From: an uncultured archaeon
Lineage (GTDB): Archaea; Asgardarchaeota; Lokiarchaeia; Sigyniarchaeales; SOKP01
Assembly: GCA_964583985.1 (NCBI GenBank)
Contig: CAZOYD010000064.1
Coordinates: 1 to 18,246 of the forward strand
Length of the DNA stretch: 18,246 bases
Direction of reading: 5' to 3'
This document shows positions 7,790 to 17,808 of this stretch, in pieces. Each line of letters opens with the position of its first letter. Within the stretch, counting starts at the first letter, position 1. A program made the position numbers and the translations under genes. The notes under the pieces were generated by a model that saw nothing but the letters and a program-made list of their open reading frames with translations, did no database searches and was not told the origin of the DNA.

Positions 7790-9199
7790 TTGAGTGAATT
7801 TATTAATCTAATTGCATTAAAAGGAATACCAAAAATAAAACCGGGAGATAATTTAGCAAAGATCATAATTGAATCTGCAAATAAATCAAATATAATTTTA
7901 GAAGAAGGGAATATACTTGTTATTGCTCAAAGTATTGTTTCAAAAAGTCGTGGTTACCTAGTCGATCTAAATACAATTGAGCCCAGCGATTATGCTAAAA
8001 TGTTATATAAGAGTATGATACCTTTAGCAATGAAGGAAAATATTCCTGTGAAAGATCCGCAATTAATACAATTAATTTTAGATGAATCAAATAAATTGAT
8101 TCGAACAAGCCACGTTATGATTGTTGAGACAAAACATGGATTTATTTGTGCCAATGCAGGAATTGATAGATCAAATGTAGAAGGAGAAAATATTGTAACT
8201 TTATTACCGGATAATTCTGATGAAGAAGCAAAGAAAATTACTGACGAACTCAAGAAAATAATTGGGAAAAATTTAGCGGTTATTATTTCAGATTCATTTG
8301 GAAGACCTTTTAGAAGGGGTGCTGTTGGAGTGGCAATAGGACTTTCAGGGATAGATGCAATATTGGATAAGAGAGGTAAATATGATCTTTATGGGAAAGA
8401 ATTGAAAAGCACGATCGTTGGACAAGTAGATAATCTTGCTTCTGCTGCTCAACTCATAATGGGGGAAGCAGATGAGGGATACCCCGTTGTATTAATTAAG
8501 GGATATGAGTTTGAATTAAATGATCAGGCATCTATTAGTTCCATTATACGTGAAAGAAATTCAGATTTATTTAGAGAGAAAGATAGCGATAATGAGATTA
8601 TAAAAACACTAAAGTCAAGGAGGAGTTATAAGTTAGGTTTTTCTTCTAGAGAAGTAGATGAAGAGCTTATTAGAGAATGTATAAACTTATCAACCTGGGC
8701 TCCAAGTGCTCATAATGGACAATTTTGGAGATATGTAATTTTAAAGAAAGGTGCTAGAAGAAATAAATTAATAGAGAGGATGAATGCAAAATTCAGGAAC
8801 GATTTAATAAGTGAAGGTCAATCAGAATCGATCATCAATTTAAAGATTGAAAAAACACGAAATCAATTCTTAAATTCACCTCATTTGATATTACTTTGTT
8901 TGGATAAGCAAGATTTAGAATCATATGAAGATGAAGAACGCAATTTAAATGAATTAATTATGGGAATTCAGAGTATAAGTTCTTCTGCAACTTATTTACT
9001 AATAGCCTTAGAAACTAAAAATTTGTCTTCTTGTTGGTATTGTGCACCATTATTTGCTAAGGAAATTATCAAGGAAGAATTAAATCTTCCAAAATCATAT
9101 GTTCCTATGGCTTTTTTTACAATAGGATATCCCAAAGATGTTCCAAAAACACCGTTTCGCAAGAATTTAGAGGATATTATTTACAAAATTGAAGATTAA
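7790..9199 (+). CDS. cofE: Coenzyme F420-0:gamma-glutamyl ligase fused to a C-terminal nitroreductase-fold domain (FbiB-like architecture, 469 aa)
   Basis: N-terminal CofE motifs (IPKIKPGDNL, IVSKS, HGFICANAGIDRSN, ISDSFGRPFRRG, DNLASAAQLIMGEADEGYPVVLIKG). From about 8594 a nitroreductase domain (KSRRSYK, WAPSAHNGQFWRY, SCWYCAP, IGYP). TTG start preceded by GGTGA. Confidence 0.9.
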   Translation: MSEFINLIALKGIPKIKPGDNLAKIIIESANKSNIILEEGNILVIAQSIVSKSRGYLVDLNTIEPSDYAKMLYKSMIPLAMKENIPVKDPQLIQLILDESNKLIRTSHVMIVETKHGFICANAGIDRSNVEGENIVTLLPDNSDEEAKKITDELKKIIGKNLAVIISDSFGRPFRRGAVGVAIGLSGIDAILDKRGKYDLYGKELKSTIVGQVDNLASAAQLIMGEADEGYPVVLIKGYEFELNDQASISSIIRERNSDLFREKDSDNEIIKTLKSRRSYKLGFSSREVDEELIRECINLSTWAPSAHNGQFWRYVILKKGARRNKLIERMNAKFRNDLISEGQSESIINLKIEKTRNQFLNSPHLILLCLDKQDLESYEDEERNLNELIMGIQSISSSATYLLIALETKNLSSCWYCAPLFAKEIIKEELNLPKSYVPMAFFTIGYPKDVPKTPFRKNLEDIIYKIED

Positions 9200-9212
9200 A
9201 TTGAGATTTGAA

Positions 9213-10142
9213 ATGAGTGAAGATTTTTATACTATACTGGCAGGAGGGGTGGGTGCCGCAAAATTTATTCAAGGATTAGTAAAAGTAGTAGATCCAGGCA
9301 AATTAAAAATAATCATAAATACAGGTGATGATATTGAATTATTTGGTCTTACTATTTGTCCAGATATCGATATAATAACATATAGTATTGCGGAAGTCGT
9401 TGATAAGGAAAAAGGGTGGGGTTTTGAAAATGATACTTTCAATTGTTTGAGCATAATAAAAAATTATTATGACGATGGATGGTTTAATTTGGGGGATAAA
9501 GATTTAGCAACACATATTTATCGAACAGATTTATACCGTAAAGGTTTTACAAAAGCTCAAATTACATCTAAAATATGTAAAAAATTAGGAATAAAAGCAG
9601 ATCTCATTCCAATGAGTAATGAATCAGTGGAAACATATATTGAAACTCCCTTGGGGAAAATGCATTTTGAAGAATATTACATAAAACATAAATGTGAGCC
9701 CGATATTTTAGGTATATCCTTCAAGGGTTCTGAAAAAGCTAATCCTATAGTAGGTGTCATAGATTATATCAAAAAGGCAAGAAAAGTAATAATATGCCCA
9801 TCTAATCCAATAGTTTCAATTGGAACAATCCTGAGCGTCAAGGATATAAAAAATACGCTAATAAGTGTAAAGGATAATGTGTATGCCATTAGTCCTATTA
9901 TAGAAGGATCCTCAGTAAAAGGTCCAGCAGATAAAATGTTAAACTTTTTTGGTTATGAGGTTTCATGCGTTGGTGTTGCTAATTTCTACAGGGGAATGAT
10001 AGGTCATTTCATTATTGATCTTAAAGATCAATCATCGAAACAACAGATTGAGGAATTGGGCATAAAGACATATTGTTTTGATACCCTAATGACGAATATA
10101 AAAAAAAAGGAAAATCTGGCGAGAGAAGTGATGAGCCTATGA
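9213..10142 (+). CDS. cofD: 2-phospho-L-lactate/phosphoenolpyruvate transferase (CofD/FbiA), F420 biosynthesis
   Basis: LAGGVGAAKF, NTGDD, ICPDID, GWG, WFNLGDKDLATHIYRT, HFEEYY, ICPSNPIVSIG and VKGPADKM. Start placed at ATG 9213 rather than TTG 9189. Confidence 0.93.
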   Translation: MSEDFYTILAGGVGAAKFIQGLVKVVDPGKLKIIINTGDDIELFGLTICPDIDIITYSIAEVVDKEKGWGFENDTFNCLSIIKNYYDDGWFNLGDKDLATHIYRTDLYRKGFTKAQITSKICKKLGIKADLIPMSNESVETYIETPLGKMHFEEYYIKHKCEPDILGISFKGSEKANPIVGVIDYIKKARKVIICPSNPIVSIGTILSVKDIKNTLISVKDNVYAISPIIEGSSVKGPADKMLNFFGYEVSCVGVANFYRGMIGHFIIDLKDQSSKQQIEELGIKTYCFDTLMTNIKKKENLAREVMSL

Positions 10143-11573
10143 TGATTGAGCTACTGATTCTTCTATTGGAATTTCGTTAATAGTTTCTTCTTTTTTCACG
10201 TAATCTCCTACAGAAGCTAATATATCTTTGATTCTACCCTCTTGTTGCAGACTTATGATTAAATTACGATGTTTTATATAAGAGATGACTTTTGATATAA
10301 CAGGAAATAAAGATACTATCGGCAATAAGAGAATTAAAATTACTTCTGGTGAATACATTGCCACGCTTTCTGTGATTGCTGGTGGTAAATTGAACACATT
10401 CTCAGCGAACCAGTGAGGTTGTATTACAACATAGCTTACTAAAATTAAAATGATAATACGTGAGAAGAAGTTGATTATTGTTGAAAAGGCTAAACTTTGC
10501 AATTTAGGGGAAGAAGTTCTTGCTGTAAGTGTATCACGAGCCTCTGCATCTTCTTTGAATAATTTCTCCACGTATCCCCCTAATCTTCTTGTTTTTGAAG
10601 CTGCAGTGATTAATTTCCTTTCTTCTTCCTCCAATTTTTTCTTTTCAATCATTTCTTTTACGTAAGAAAATCTTTCTTCCATTTTTAAAAGAAATTTATC
10701 CACACTGGTTTTTCCTTCTTTGTCAATTTCATCTTTGCGTATTTTAGCTTCCTCTTTTATTTTATCGACGTTTGCTACAACAAAATGAGATTCACTTTGA
10801 AGGATCTCTAGTTGAGATTCAAGCCTATCTCGTCTCTCCAAGGATGGCTTGGAAACGGTATCAATATAATTAAGTTGAAATGCTAATTCTAGATAAATAT
10901 ATGATACTATAGCTAGTGAAATAACTGGACTCGCTAAAAACTGAAAAAAGTTATCTATGGGAATGACTGAAAACATTGGATCCAAGGGATTGTGAAGCGA
11001 ATTGATGTAAGGATCACTGATATTAAAAAGATCTAACATGTTATTATATCCAAATACCATAAGAGGTACAACAATCATAAGTATTAGAGACCCAACCGCA
11101 AGCATATCGTGTTTCGGATTAGATTGGAAAAAAGCTCTGATCACATAGAATATCGATACAATGAATAGAATTTGAAAAGCAAATAAATAGAAATCTCCAG
11201 TAAAAACAGAGATTTCTGTCCATATGAGGTTGGGGATTTCTATTAAATCGGGTACCGTACCATTGGGAAAATTAAACCATAATCCAAAATAATTACGCAT
11301 AAAATTATCAAGAAAGTCAAACATAAATTGGGGATTCGGAGTAAAGAGAAAGGAAGTCATCCGAATACTTCCTAAAGCTATTATATAAACAAGTCCAAAG
11401 AAGGCATAAGTAATGATATTTCTTATTCCCTCAAAAAAGGCAGCTATAACTAGTTCCCCACTATCAGTTGTGATAACCTCGTCAAAATGAAATACTGAAA
11501 GAAATATTACTAAAATCCAAAAATACATTAAAATTTTAATTATTTTTAACCCTACTAAATAATATCGCGTCAT
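10137..11573 (-). CDS. Hypothetical polytopic membrane protein with a long charged (coiled-coil-like) cytoplasmic insert (478 aa)
   Basis: About 5 N-terminal hydrophobic segments, a ~125-aa E/K/R-rich helical stretch, then 2 further TM segments. Last gene of the MoxR cluster, starting 3 nt after the DUF58 stop. Overlaps the cofD 3' end convergently by 6 nt. Confidence 0.75.
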   Translation of the reverse strand: MTRYYLVGLKIIKILMYFWILVIFLSVFHFDEVITTDSGELVIAAFFEGIRNIITYAFFGLVYIIALGSIRMTSFLFTPNPQFMFDFLDNFMRNYFGLWFNFPNGTVPDLIEIPNLIWTEISVFTGDFYLFAFQILFIVSIFYVIRAFFQSNPKHDMLAVGSLILMIVVPLMVFGYNNMLDLFNISDPYINSLHNPLDPMFSVIPIDNFFQFLASPVISLAIVSYIYLELAFQLNYIDTVSKPSLERRDRLESQLEILQSESHFVVANVDKIKEEAKIRKDEIDKEGKTSVDKFLLKMEERFSYVKEMIEKKKLEEEERKLITAASKTRRLGGYVEKLFKEDAEARDTLTARTSSPKLQSLAFSTIINFFSRIIILILVSYVVIQPHWFAENVFNLPPAITESVAMYSPEVILILLLPIVSLFPVISKVISYIKHRNLIISLQQEGRIKDILASVGDYVKKEETINEIPIEESVAQSS

Positions 11574-11576
11574 TAT

Positions 11577-12905
11577 TTAATATGCACTCCCCTTTTTCTT
11601 TGCATCTATATACGTTTTTAGTACATTTGTCATCATTTCGTCTGGTCCCGTTGTGATGAGACTAATTCCTAAATTACGAAATTCCCGTCTAAGGATTAGT
11701 ATATGTTCCATCATTTCCTCACTTATTGCTTCAGCTAATGCTTTATCTGTAGAGGATAAATCGATTTCATGAATTTCGAACCAAGGGCTAAATGGATTAA
11801 TGACAATAATAGAATGATTAAATGTAACAAGTTTTCTCATTGCTTGTGATATTTCTTTTACATTTCCTTCTAGATCAGATATTAAAAATATTAAACTCCT
11901 TTTTTGAAACCGTCTAACGAAGTAATCGATAGCTTCAACAATTCTACTCTTTCCTTGAGGTTTTATCCTAGCAACAAAATCTAGAACTTGATAAAAATGA
12001 TCATCTCCGCTTCCTGGTTTTAAAAATTGCAGATTTTTCTTATCTGAATATGAAAATATTCCTACGTTGTCTCTTCGTGTGAGAGCAACTTTGGTTAATA
12101 ACATGCATGATCGAATGGCATATTCAAATTTTGTGTTTTCTATCGCGCCTCCAGCCATGCTATTAGATGAATCAACTAAAATCATAACAGTTACGTCTCG
12201 TTCACTTTCAAATTCCCTCACTATTAATTTTTGAGTCCGTGCACTTGCCTTCCAGTCAATTAATCGAAATTGATCCCCAAAAACATACTTTCTCATTGCA
12301 TGAAATTCGGATCCAAGACCTATTTGTTTCGATCTTTGTATGCCATAATTTAACTGAAGAGAGCGTTTGGATCCAAGAATTTCAATTCTTTTTATATCTT
12401 CATATGGAGGATATATTAAGATATCTGAAACACTATCAGGGATTATTCTTTCAACAGAATTAAATCCTAATCGATCTTTAATGGTTACCGAAAGTGGTCC
12501 AAGGGGATATTCTCCTCGTACTTTGGGTTCAAGAACATAAGAGAATTTAATTAATGCTCTAGGACCTATACGTGTAGATATGAAATTTTCGCCAAGTACT
12601 AATCGAAAAAGTTGAGGATTATAATAATCTCTAATTTCTATGAGGTCAAAACTACCTTTTCCTGTGTTCTTAATTATGACCTTTATATGAACAAAATCAT
12701 CTTTAAATACCTTTTCTTTCTCAAGTTCTCTATGGACTTGTAATTCTTCTATGTTCATTTGCCAATAAAAAAGCGGTAAGCTAATAATAGTACTAAATAA
12801 TAAGAGAATTGCAAAGAAAATAAAAAAGTAATTTACAAATGCAAATCCCGCAGTTAGGAAGAAAACTGCGAATAAAATCAATGTTCTACCTTTTCCACCT
12901 AGCAT
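11577..12905 (-). CDS. DUF58 family protein with vWA (MIDAS) domain and N-terminal membrane anchor (442 aa)
   Basis: N-terminal TM pair, RGEYPLGP...DRLG, GSEFHAMRKYVFGDQFRLIDWKASAR...LIVREFESE, MIDAS DSSNS, and LIFLISDL. Directly downstream of moxR. Confidence 0.9.
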   Translation of the reverse strand: MLGGKGRTLILFAVFFLTAGFAFVNYFFIFFAILLLFSTIISLPLFYWQMNIEELQVHRELEKEKVFKDDFVHIKVIIKNTGKGSFDLIEIRDYYNPQLFRLVLGENFISTRIGPRALIKFSYVLEPKVRGEYPLGPLSVTIKDRLGFNSVERIIPDSVSDILIYPPYEDIKRIEILGSKRSLQLNYGIQRSKQIGLGSEFHAMRKYVFGDQFRLIDWKASARTQKLIVREFESERDVTVMILVDSSNSMAGGAIENTKFEYAIRSCMLLTKVALTRRDNVGIFSYSDKKNLQFLKPGSGDDHFYQVLDFVARIKPQGKSRIVEAIDYFVRRFQKRSLIFLISDLEGNVKEISQAMRKLVTFNHSIIVINPFSPWFEIHEIDLSSTDKALAEAISEEMMEHILILRREFRNLGISLITTGPDEMMTNVLKTYIDAKKKGSAY

Positions 12906-12985
12906 TTACATCTCCAACATGGAATTTAAGATTTTACCGCTTTTCAATTGAATTACATTATTTTATTATTTTTTTAAAAAAAAAT

Positions 12986-13966
12986 TTAAATTGGAACTGG
13001 AATATCTTCTACTATTGATCGAAGCACCGATTTTGCATCTAAACCTTCAAGTTCACTTTCTGCTTTTAACATTATTCGATGGTTAAGAGCAGGTATGATG
13101 AGGGCTCTAACATCATCCGGTGTGACATAAGTACGTCCAAGAATTGCTGCTCGTGCTTTAGCGGTTTTCATTATCGTAAGTGAGGCTCGAGGTCCACACC
13201 CTAATGCAATTTGTGGATGATTTCGTGTTTTAATTATTATGTCCCTAACATATTTCAGGATTCTTTCATCAATATAGACCAGATTCATAATTTTTTGAGC
13301 TGCCAACAGTTCTTCAGCATTGGTGATGACATCTAGTGAGGGCATATCTCCTGATATTTGTCTCCTCATAATTTCTACCTCTTCATCTATTTCGGGATAA
13401 TCTAGCCAAAGTTTAAATAAGAAACGGTCTATTTGTGCTTCTGGTAAGGGGTAAGTACCTTCCATTTCAACGGGGTTCTCTGTTGCAATGACAATAAAAG
13501 GTTTAACTAATTCAAGCGTTTGACCTTCAATAGTTACTTGTCGTTCAGCCATAGCTTCTAAAAGTGCTGATTGAGTTTTTGGAGCACTTCTATTTATTTC
13601 ATCAGCTAGTACAACATTGGCAAAAATCGGACCTTTTTGAAGGACAAATGCACCTTCATTCTGATCAAATATTTTTGTACCTGTTATATCAGAAGGTAAT
13701 AAATCGGGGGTAAATTGAACGCGTTTGAAAGAGATCCCTAAAGTTTTGGCAAAAGATTTAGCCATGACAGTTTTACCCAAACCTGGAACACCTTCAAGGA
13801 GAACGTGTCCATTAACCAAGAGAGCTATGAAAAGTTGCTGAAGAATTTCTCCATTACCGACAATCACTCGACTTACTTCACTTAAAACCTCTTGTGCTAT
13901 TGATCTAATAGAACTTACATCCAATTCTTCTCTTTCATAATACTTTGCTTTATCTGGAGCTTCCAT
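12986..13966 (-). CDS. moxR: MoxR family AAA+ ATPase (326 aa)
   Basis: Walker A GVPGLGKT, RVQFTPDLLPSDITG, Walker B VLADEINR, QSALLEAMAERQVT and NPVEMEGTYPLPEAQIDRF. Confidence 0.96.
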   Translation of the reverse strand: MEAPDKAKYYEREELDVSSIRSIAQEVLSEVSRVIVGNGEILQQLFIALLVNGHVLLEGVPGLGKTVMAKSFAKTLGISFKRVQFTPDLLPSDITGTKIFDQNEGAFVLQKGPIFANVVLADEINRSAPKTQSALLEAMAERQVTIEGQTLELVKPFIVIATENPVEMEGTYPLPEAQIDRFLFKLWLDYPEIDEEVEIMRRQISGDMPSLDVITNAEELLAAQKIMNLVYIDERILKYVRDIIIKTRNHPQIALGCGPRASLTIMKTAKARAAILGRTYVTPDDVRALIIPALNHRIMLKAESELEGLDAKSVLRSIVEDIPVPI

Positions 13967-14035
13967 TTTAATTCACTTCTTTTTTTTTATTTTTATTAAT
14001 TTGATTTTTAATTATATTTGGTTATCTTAATTTTT

Positions 14036-15769
14036 TTAAATATTCTTTACAACCCATTCCATTTCAAAGAAGAGGTTTTCAAAATCTTCTTCATTCTTGA
14101 CTTTATTTTTGCCTTCTTTTATGAGAATTATTCGATCCATAAATCGACTAATTCTTCTAATTTTTAATTTTGTAATATTTTGTTCTTTATTAATGACCAT
14201 ATCGATAACATTTTTAGTGGTAATCTTTTTCCCTCTCAACAAATTGTTCAATTTTCTTTCAAGTCTCCTGTATAGAAGCGTTAAAGCTTTCCCATAGTTT
14301 TGTTTTTCTCGATACCATTGTATTTTTTCAGCAAAATATGAGGAAGTCCTAAATTTTTCTTGTTCTTCGATCTGATCTTGTTTCTCTTCTTTTTTTTTTT
14401 GTTTTTTATCATCTTTTTTTGGTAAGTATTTTCTTAAGGTATAAATCGCTAATAATGGATAGATCCATGCCGTTATCGGATTTGTTGATAGATGTATAAC
14501 ATATTGAATGATAAATCCATATATTCCTACTGAAGTTAAATCCCTTGAATATTCTGGCCGTATATGAGCTTCATCAAATACCACTACCCAATCTTGTTTG
14601 GGTTGTCCATAGGTTAGCCAATCAATTATATTAATCCCAAATTGTCTATTATCATACAATTCAATTAATTCATTATCAAATAAACTAGCATCAGAAGAAA
14701 CGAATATACGACTATTACCAGTATCTTTTGCCATAAAAACACCTTGAGAATAACCACCTAAAGGCCATCGTGTTGGAAATCCAGGAATCGATGCTGCAAT
14801 GAAGCTAATATCAACATAATCATCTTCAAATTTATACATGTGATCATTATTTTTATCTACATATCCATATTCAGTTGAAGACCCCACTAAATCCCAACCA
14901 AAATAATCAATGAAAGGACCTCCAAGAACAGTTGTTGCTTGTGATAAAATTACTTTATTAATTCCATTTGCTATTGGATGGGTTGTGAATGATTCAATGA
15001 CAGGAAAATCCGTTCTTGTATCATAAGACGCGTTATCTCTTAGTGTACCGCTTGGAAATATGGTTACGGGAATTTTTCCCGCTACATCAGGATCAAGAGC
15101 TCCTGCAATAAATAATTCCCATAATAGAGTGCTCGTACTTCCATGATCATGGCAGATTAATAATGAATTTGTTGTATTGGTATCGAAAAAATTAATGAAA
15201 TAAGGGATTTCGAAGATAGCGTTATAATATTGATTTGGTCCAAGAAGAACTAACAAAATAGATTTATTTAATCGTTCTGTTGCACTCAAACTTGATTGAA
15301 TTGACATTATTTCATATCCTTGTGCTTCTATCGTATTTCGAAATGAAGATGATCCATTCCAATCATAGTTATAGATTGAAAAGTTTTGATCATTCTCACC
15401 GCGATCAAATATCGATCCAAATAATGGGACAAAAAGTAATACGAACACGACTAAAAATAACGCATTCTTGTAGATTGATCCTGTTTTGGCTTTTTTCCTA
15501 GATTGTAATTCTCGTGATTTTTGAACCGTGGTTTTTCTAATGAAAATAAATAATCCTATCCCAGTAAATATTGATGCAATGTAGCATAATAATGGAAAAT
15601 AGTTTATAAAAATCGGAAGATCTGAACCAGGATTATTTTCTTGATAAATAATAACAAAATTTTCAAGAAAAATGCCATAAAATAAGAAGAAGATCACGAA
15701 AAATGAATATAAAATCCCCTTTGATAAATTCACGTTCTTCTCTGACACTTTTCCAACACTTGACATCAT
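14036..15769 (-). CDS. Membrane protein with extracytoplasmic DUF4350/GldG-like domain and basic cytoplasmic C-terminal helical domain (577 aa)
   Basis: Three N-terminal TM segments, FSIYNYDWNGSSSF, SRIFVSSDASLFDN...DNRQF and VVVFDEAH, a C-terminal TM, then Y(x)5A(x)2Y...YRRL. These are typical of DUF4350 proteins found next to MoxR genes. Confidence 0.65.
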   Translation of the reverse strand: MMSSVGKVSEKNVNLSKGILYSFFVIFFLFYGIFLENFVIIYQENNPGSDLPIFINYFPLLCYIASIFTGIGLFIFIRKTTVQKSRELQSRKKAKTGSIYKNALFLVVFVLLFVPLFGSIFDRGENDQNFSIYNYDWNGSSSFRNTIEAQGYEIMSIQSSLSATERLNKSILLVLLGPNQYYNAIFEIPYFINFFDTNTTNSLLICHDHGSTSTLLWELFIAGALDPDVAGKIPVTIFPSGTLRDNASYDTRTDFPVIESFTTHPIANGINKVILSQATTVLGGPFIDYFGWDLVGSSTEYGYVDKNNDHMYKFEDDYVDISFIAASIPGFPTRWPLGGYSQGVFMAKDTGNSRIFVSSDASLFDNELIELYDNRQFGINIIDWLTYGQPKQDWVVVFDEAHIRPEYSRDLTSVGIYGFIIQYVIHLSTNPITAWIYPLLAIYTLRKYLPKKDDKKQKKKEEKQDQIEEQEKFRTSSYFAEKIQWYREKQNYGKALTLLYRRLERKLNNLLRGKKITTKNVIDMVINKEQNITKLKIRRISRFMDRIILIKEGKNKVKNEEDFENLFFEMEWVVKNI

Positions 15770-15820
15770 GTCATCCTACAATATTTTTATTATTATGCTT
15801 CTATTCAAATACCTCTTCAA

Positions 15821-16195
15821 TTAAAAACTCATTGCGGGCAGAGATTTTCCAGTAACTTCATTATATAAAGTGGAAAATAATTGGACGGTAAAATTGATTT
15901 CTTTACTCGTGGGTTCAATTCCACCATAAATGATATCTTCAATTTTTTTTATGAAAGGATATACTGTTTCTGGTTTTTGATCTAATTCATTGACACATGT
16001 TATTGCATATTCTCGTATGGTTTGATGTGCTAAACGTGGCTTTTTAAATTTCAAAGTTATTATATCATTATAAACCAAATAGATATAAGCAATAGCTTCT
16101 TTTGCCCGATGAGATTGAACAAGTACTTTAACATTTTCAAACTTTTGTTGAATATCGACTTCTGATTCAACCATTTTCTTGTTCTTTTTTGCCAT
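15821..16195 (-). CDS. Small soluble DUF4129-like helical protein (124 aa)
   Basis: KEAIAYIY...QTIREYA...FIKKIEDIIYGG pattern. Clearly paralogous to the C-terminal domain of 16247..17794. Confidence 0.7.
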   Translation of the reverse strand: MAKKNKKMVESEVDIQQKFENVKVLVQSHRAKEAIAYIYLVYNDIITLKFKKPRLAHQTIREYAITCVNELDQKPETVYPFIKKIEDIIYGGIEPTSKEINFTVQLFSTLYNEVTGKSLPAMSF

Positions 16196-16246
16196 TTTCT
16201 TTTCCTTTATTTTTTTATTAATTATTTTTTCTATGTATATTTAGAC

Positions 16247-17794
16247 TTAGTTTAAAACAAAATTAAATCCAGTAAGTTCATGATATATTGGTGAAAATAA
16301 TTCTATTGTATTATAAAAATCAACAACTGATATACGATACGGTTTAGCATATATAATTTCTTCTACTTTTTGAATGAATGGATAGATATTTGTAGGGGAT
16401 AAATTAAATTCTCTTACAGAGATTATAGCAAAATCTCGAATAGTCTCATTCTCGTTACGTGATTTCCCAAATTTTGCTTGAACTAAATCCAAATATATAG
16501 CGTTAAATAAATATGAAAGAGATTCTTCTAATCTTCCGGTATCCTTCAAGATCAATAAATTTTTAATTCTATTTTCAAGAGGTAAATGTACCACTCGAGA
16601 TTCTTTATCTTGCTTTTTATATCGATAATAACCGTAAATTGATAATCCTACTACTAATCCAATTATAACAGGAATAAATATTGATAAAAATAATACGAAT
16701 GGGGGAGCAATATCGGGTGGGGGTGTTGCAGGAGGAGTTGGGGCCTCAATTATTATAAAATATTGAGTTGAAATATCCTTTCCAAGAAAATTATCTACTT
16801 CTATTTCTAAGAAAGTTACTCCTATACCTGCTCCTAAATGATAGGTGTAATCAAAACGTCCATTGGCGTCAGTTGTGTCTGCATTGATCTGAGTACCATT
16901 GTAAAATATCCTAATATATCTATTACTTACTAATATGCTAGGATCATTAATAGAAACTAATTGCCCTCGAATTCGAAAACTGCTATTTTCTACTATTGTT
17001 GTTGGAAGGTTCCAAATGCAAGATATATTTGAAAATAATTTAGTATTAGTAATATTTGATTGTGACTCACTAATAAAGGGAGCTGAGCTGTAATTTAATT
17101 TTAAAGTTAAATCATCAACCCCCATATCAGGTACAGGAATGGAATTTTGAATTTGACCATTACTGTCAGTAGAACCAATCCCAAAAGATTTTATGGTAGA
17201 TCCTTGATACCAATAATAATCGAAGTTTTGAAATGCAATCCCAGTACCATTTTCGTATCTTAAATAACCTTCAAAAGAAAAGATTTCCCCAAGTATTTTA
17301 GGATCAATTGGATTATATGTTTCAAAATAAGAGGTGGTGTTTATATCAATAACATAATACGTTCTGTATTCTACGTCACCAGGTGGAACAGGGTTAGTAA
17401 CTTTTACTTCTAATTGATGACTCGCAAATACATTAAGAGAATTATCAATAATATAGTCAATTTGGAAATATCCACCACCAGTGGTGATATCATTAAAAGA
17501 GGGATATTGGACGCCATCAATTTCTATTACAACGGTATACCCATCCTTACCTACACTTGTAATTCTATTCCAAAGTCTCCCTTGTAAACTTATTGGGTTA
17601 CCCGTTTGAATTCTTATTCCTGTTCCATTAAAGGTACTATTATTTAAATCTAAGGTCGCCCAAGTACCCGAGAGATTCAATTTTTCTTTATCTTCTAATT
17701 GATTATGATTATTTTGGCTAAAATAGTTAATTGATAATAATGAAATGCAGATTAAGAATGTCATGCTAATGAATGATTTTCGTAGAGCTCTCAT
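16247..17794 (-). CDS. Single-pass surface protein: signal/anchor, about 3 Ig-like beta-sandwich repeats, Pro-rich linker, TM helix, cytoplasmic DUF4129-like domain (515 aa)
   Basis: Repeats ISLQGRL...TTGGGYF, FSFEGYL...TDSNGQI and FRIRGQL...TDANGRF. Many N-x-S/T sequons. Linker APTPPATPPPDIAPP, TM FVLFLSIFIPVIIGLVVGLSIYGYY followed by RYKK. GGTGAT RBS upstream. Confidence 0.75.
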   Translation of the reverse strand: MRALRKSFISMTFLICISLLSINYFSQNNHNQLEDKEKLNLSGTWATLDLNNSTFNGTGIRIQTGNPISLQGRLWNRITSVGKDGYTVVIEIDGVQYPSFNDITTGGGYFQIDYIIDNSLNVFASHQLEVKVTNPVPPGDVEYRTYYVIDINTTSYFETYNPIDPKILGEIFSFEGYLRYENGTGIAFQNFDYYWYQGSTIKSFGIGSTDSNGQIQNSIPVPDMGVDDLTLKLNYSSAPFISESQSNITNTKLFSNISCIWNLPTTIVENSSFRIRGQLVSINDPSILVSNRYIRIFYNGTQINADTTDANGRFDYTYHLGAGIGVTFLEIEVDNFLGKDISTQYFIIIEAPTPPATPPPDIAPPFVLFLSIFIPVIIGLVVGLSIYGYYRYKKQDKESRVVHLPLENRIKNLLILKDTGRLEESLSYLFNAIYLDLVQAKFGKSRNENETIRDFAIISVREFNLSPTNIYPFIQKVEEIIYAKPYRISVVDFYNTIELFSPIYHELTGFNFVLN

Positions 17795-17808
17795 AAAATT
17801 ATCACCAA

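Noticed and set aside
7993-8029. Hairpin (TGCTAAA...TTTAGCA with an inner stem) in a cofE segment that seems about 10 aa longer than typical CofE, a possible third intron
   Set aside because: I could not build two 3-nt bulges around a 4-bp helix with an exon helix, and the encoded peptide looks like a plausible helix. Worth re-checking only if orthologues lack the segment.
64-15501. Short antisense or alternative-frame ORFs in the track (64..354, 443..652, 1837..2172, 3549..4013, 3793..4047, 5579..5800, 7990..8253, 9269..9454, 10450..10665, 12239..12463, 14097..14297, 15280..15501)
   Set aside because: All lie opposite well-supported genes, have F/I/L/S-biased shadow composition and show no recognisable motifs.
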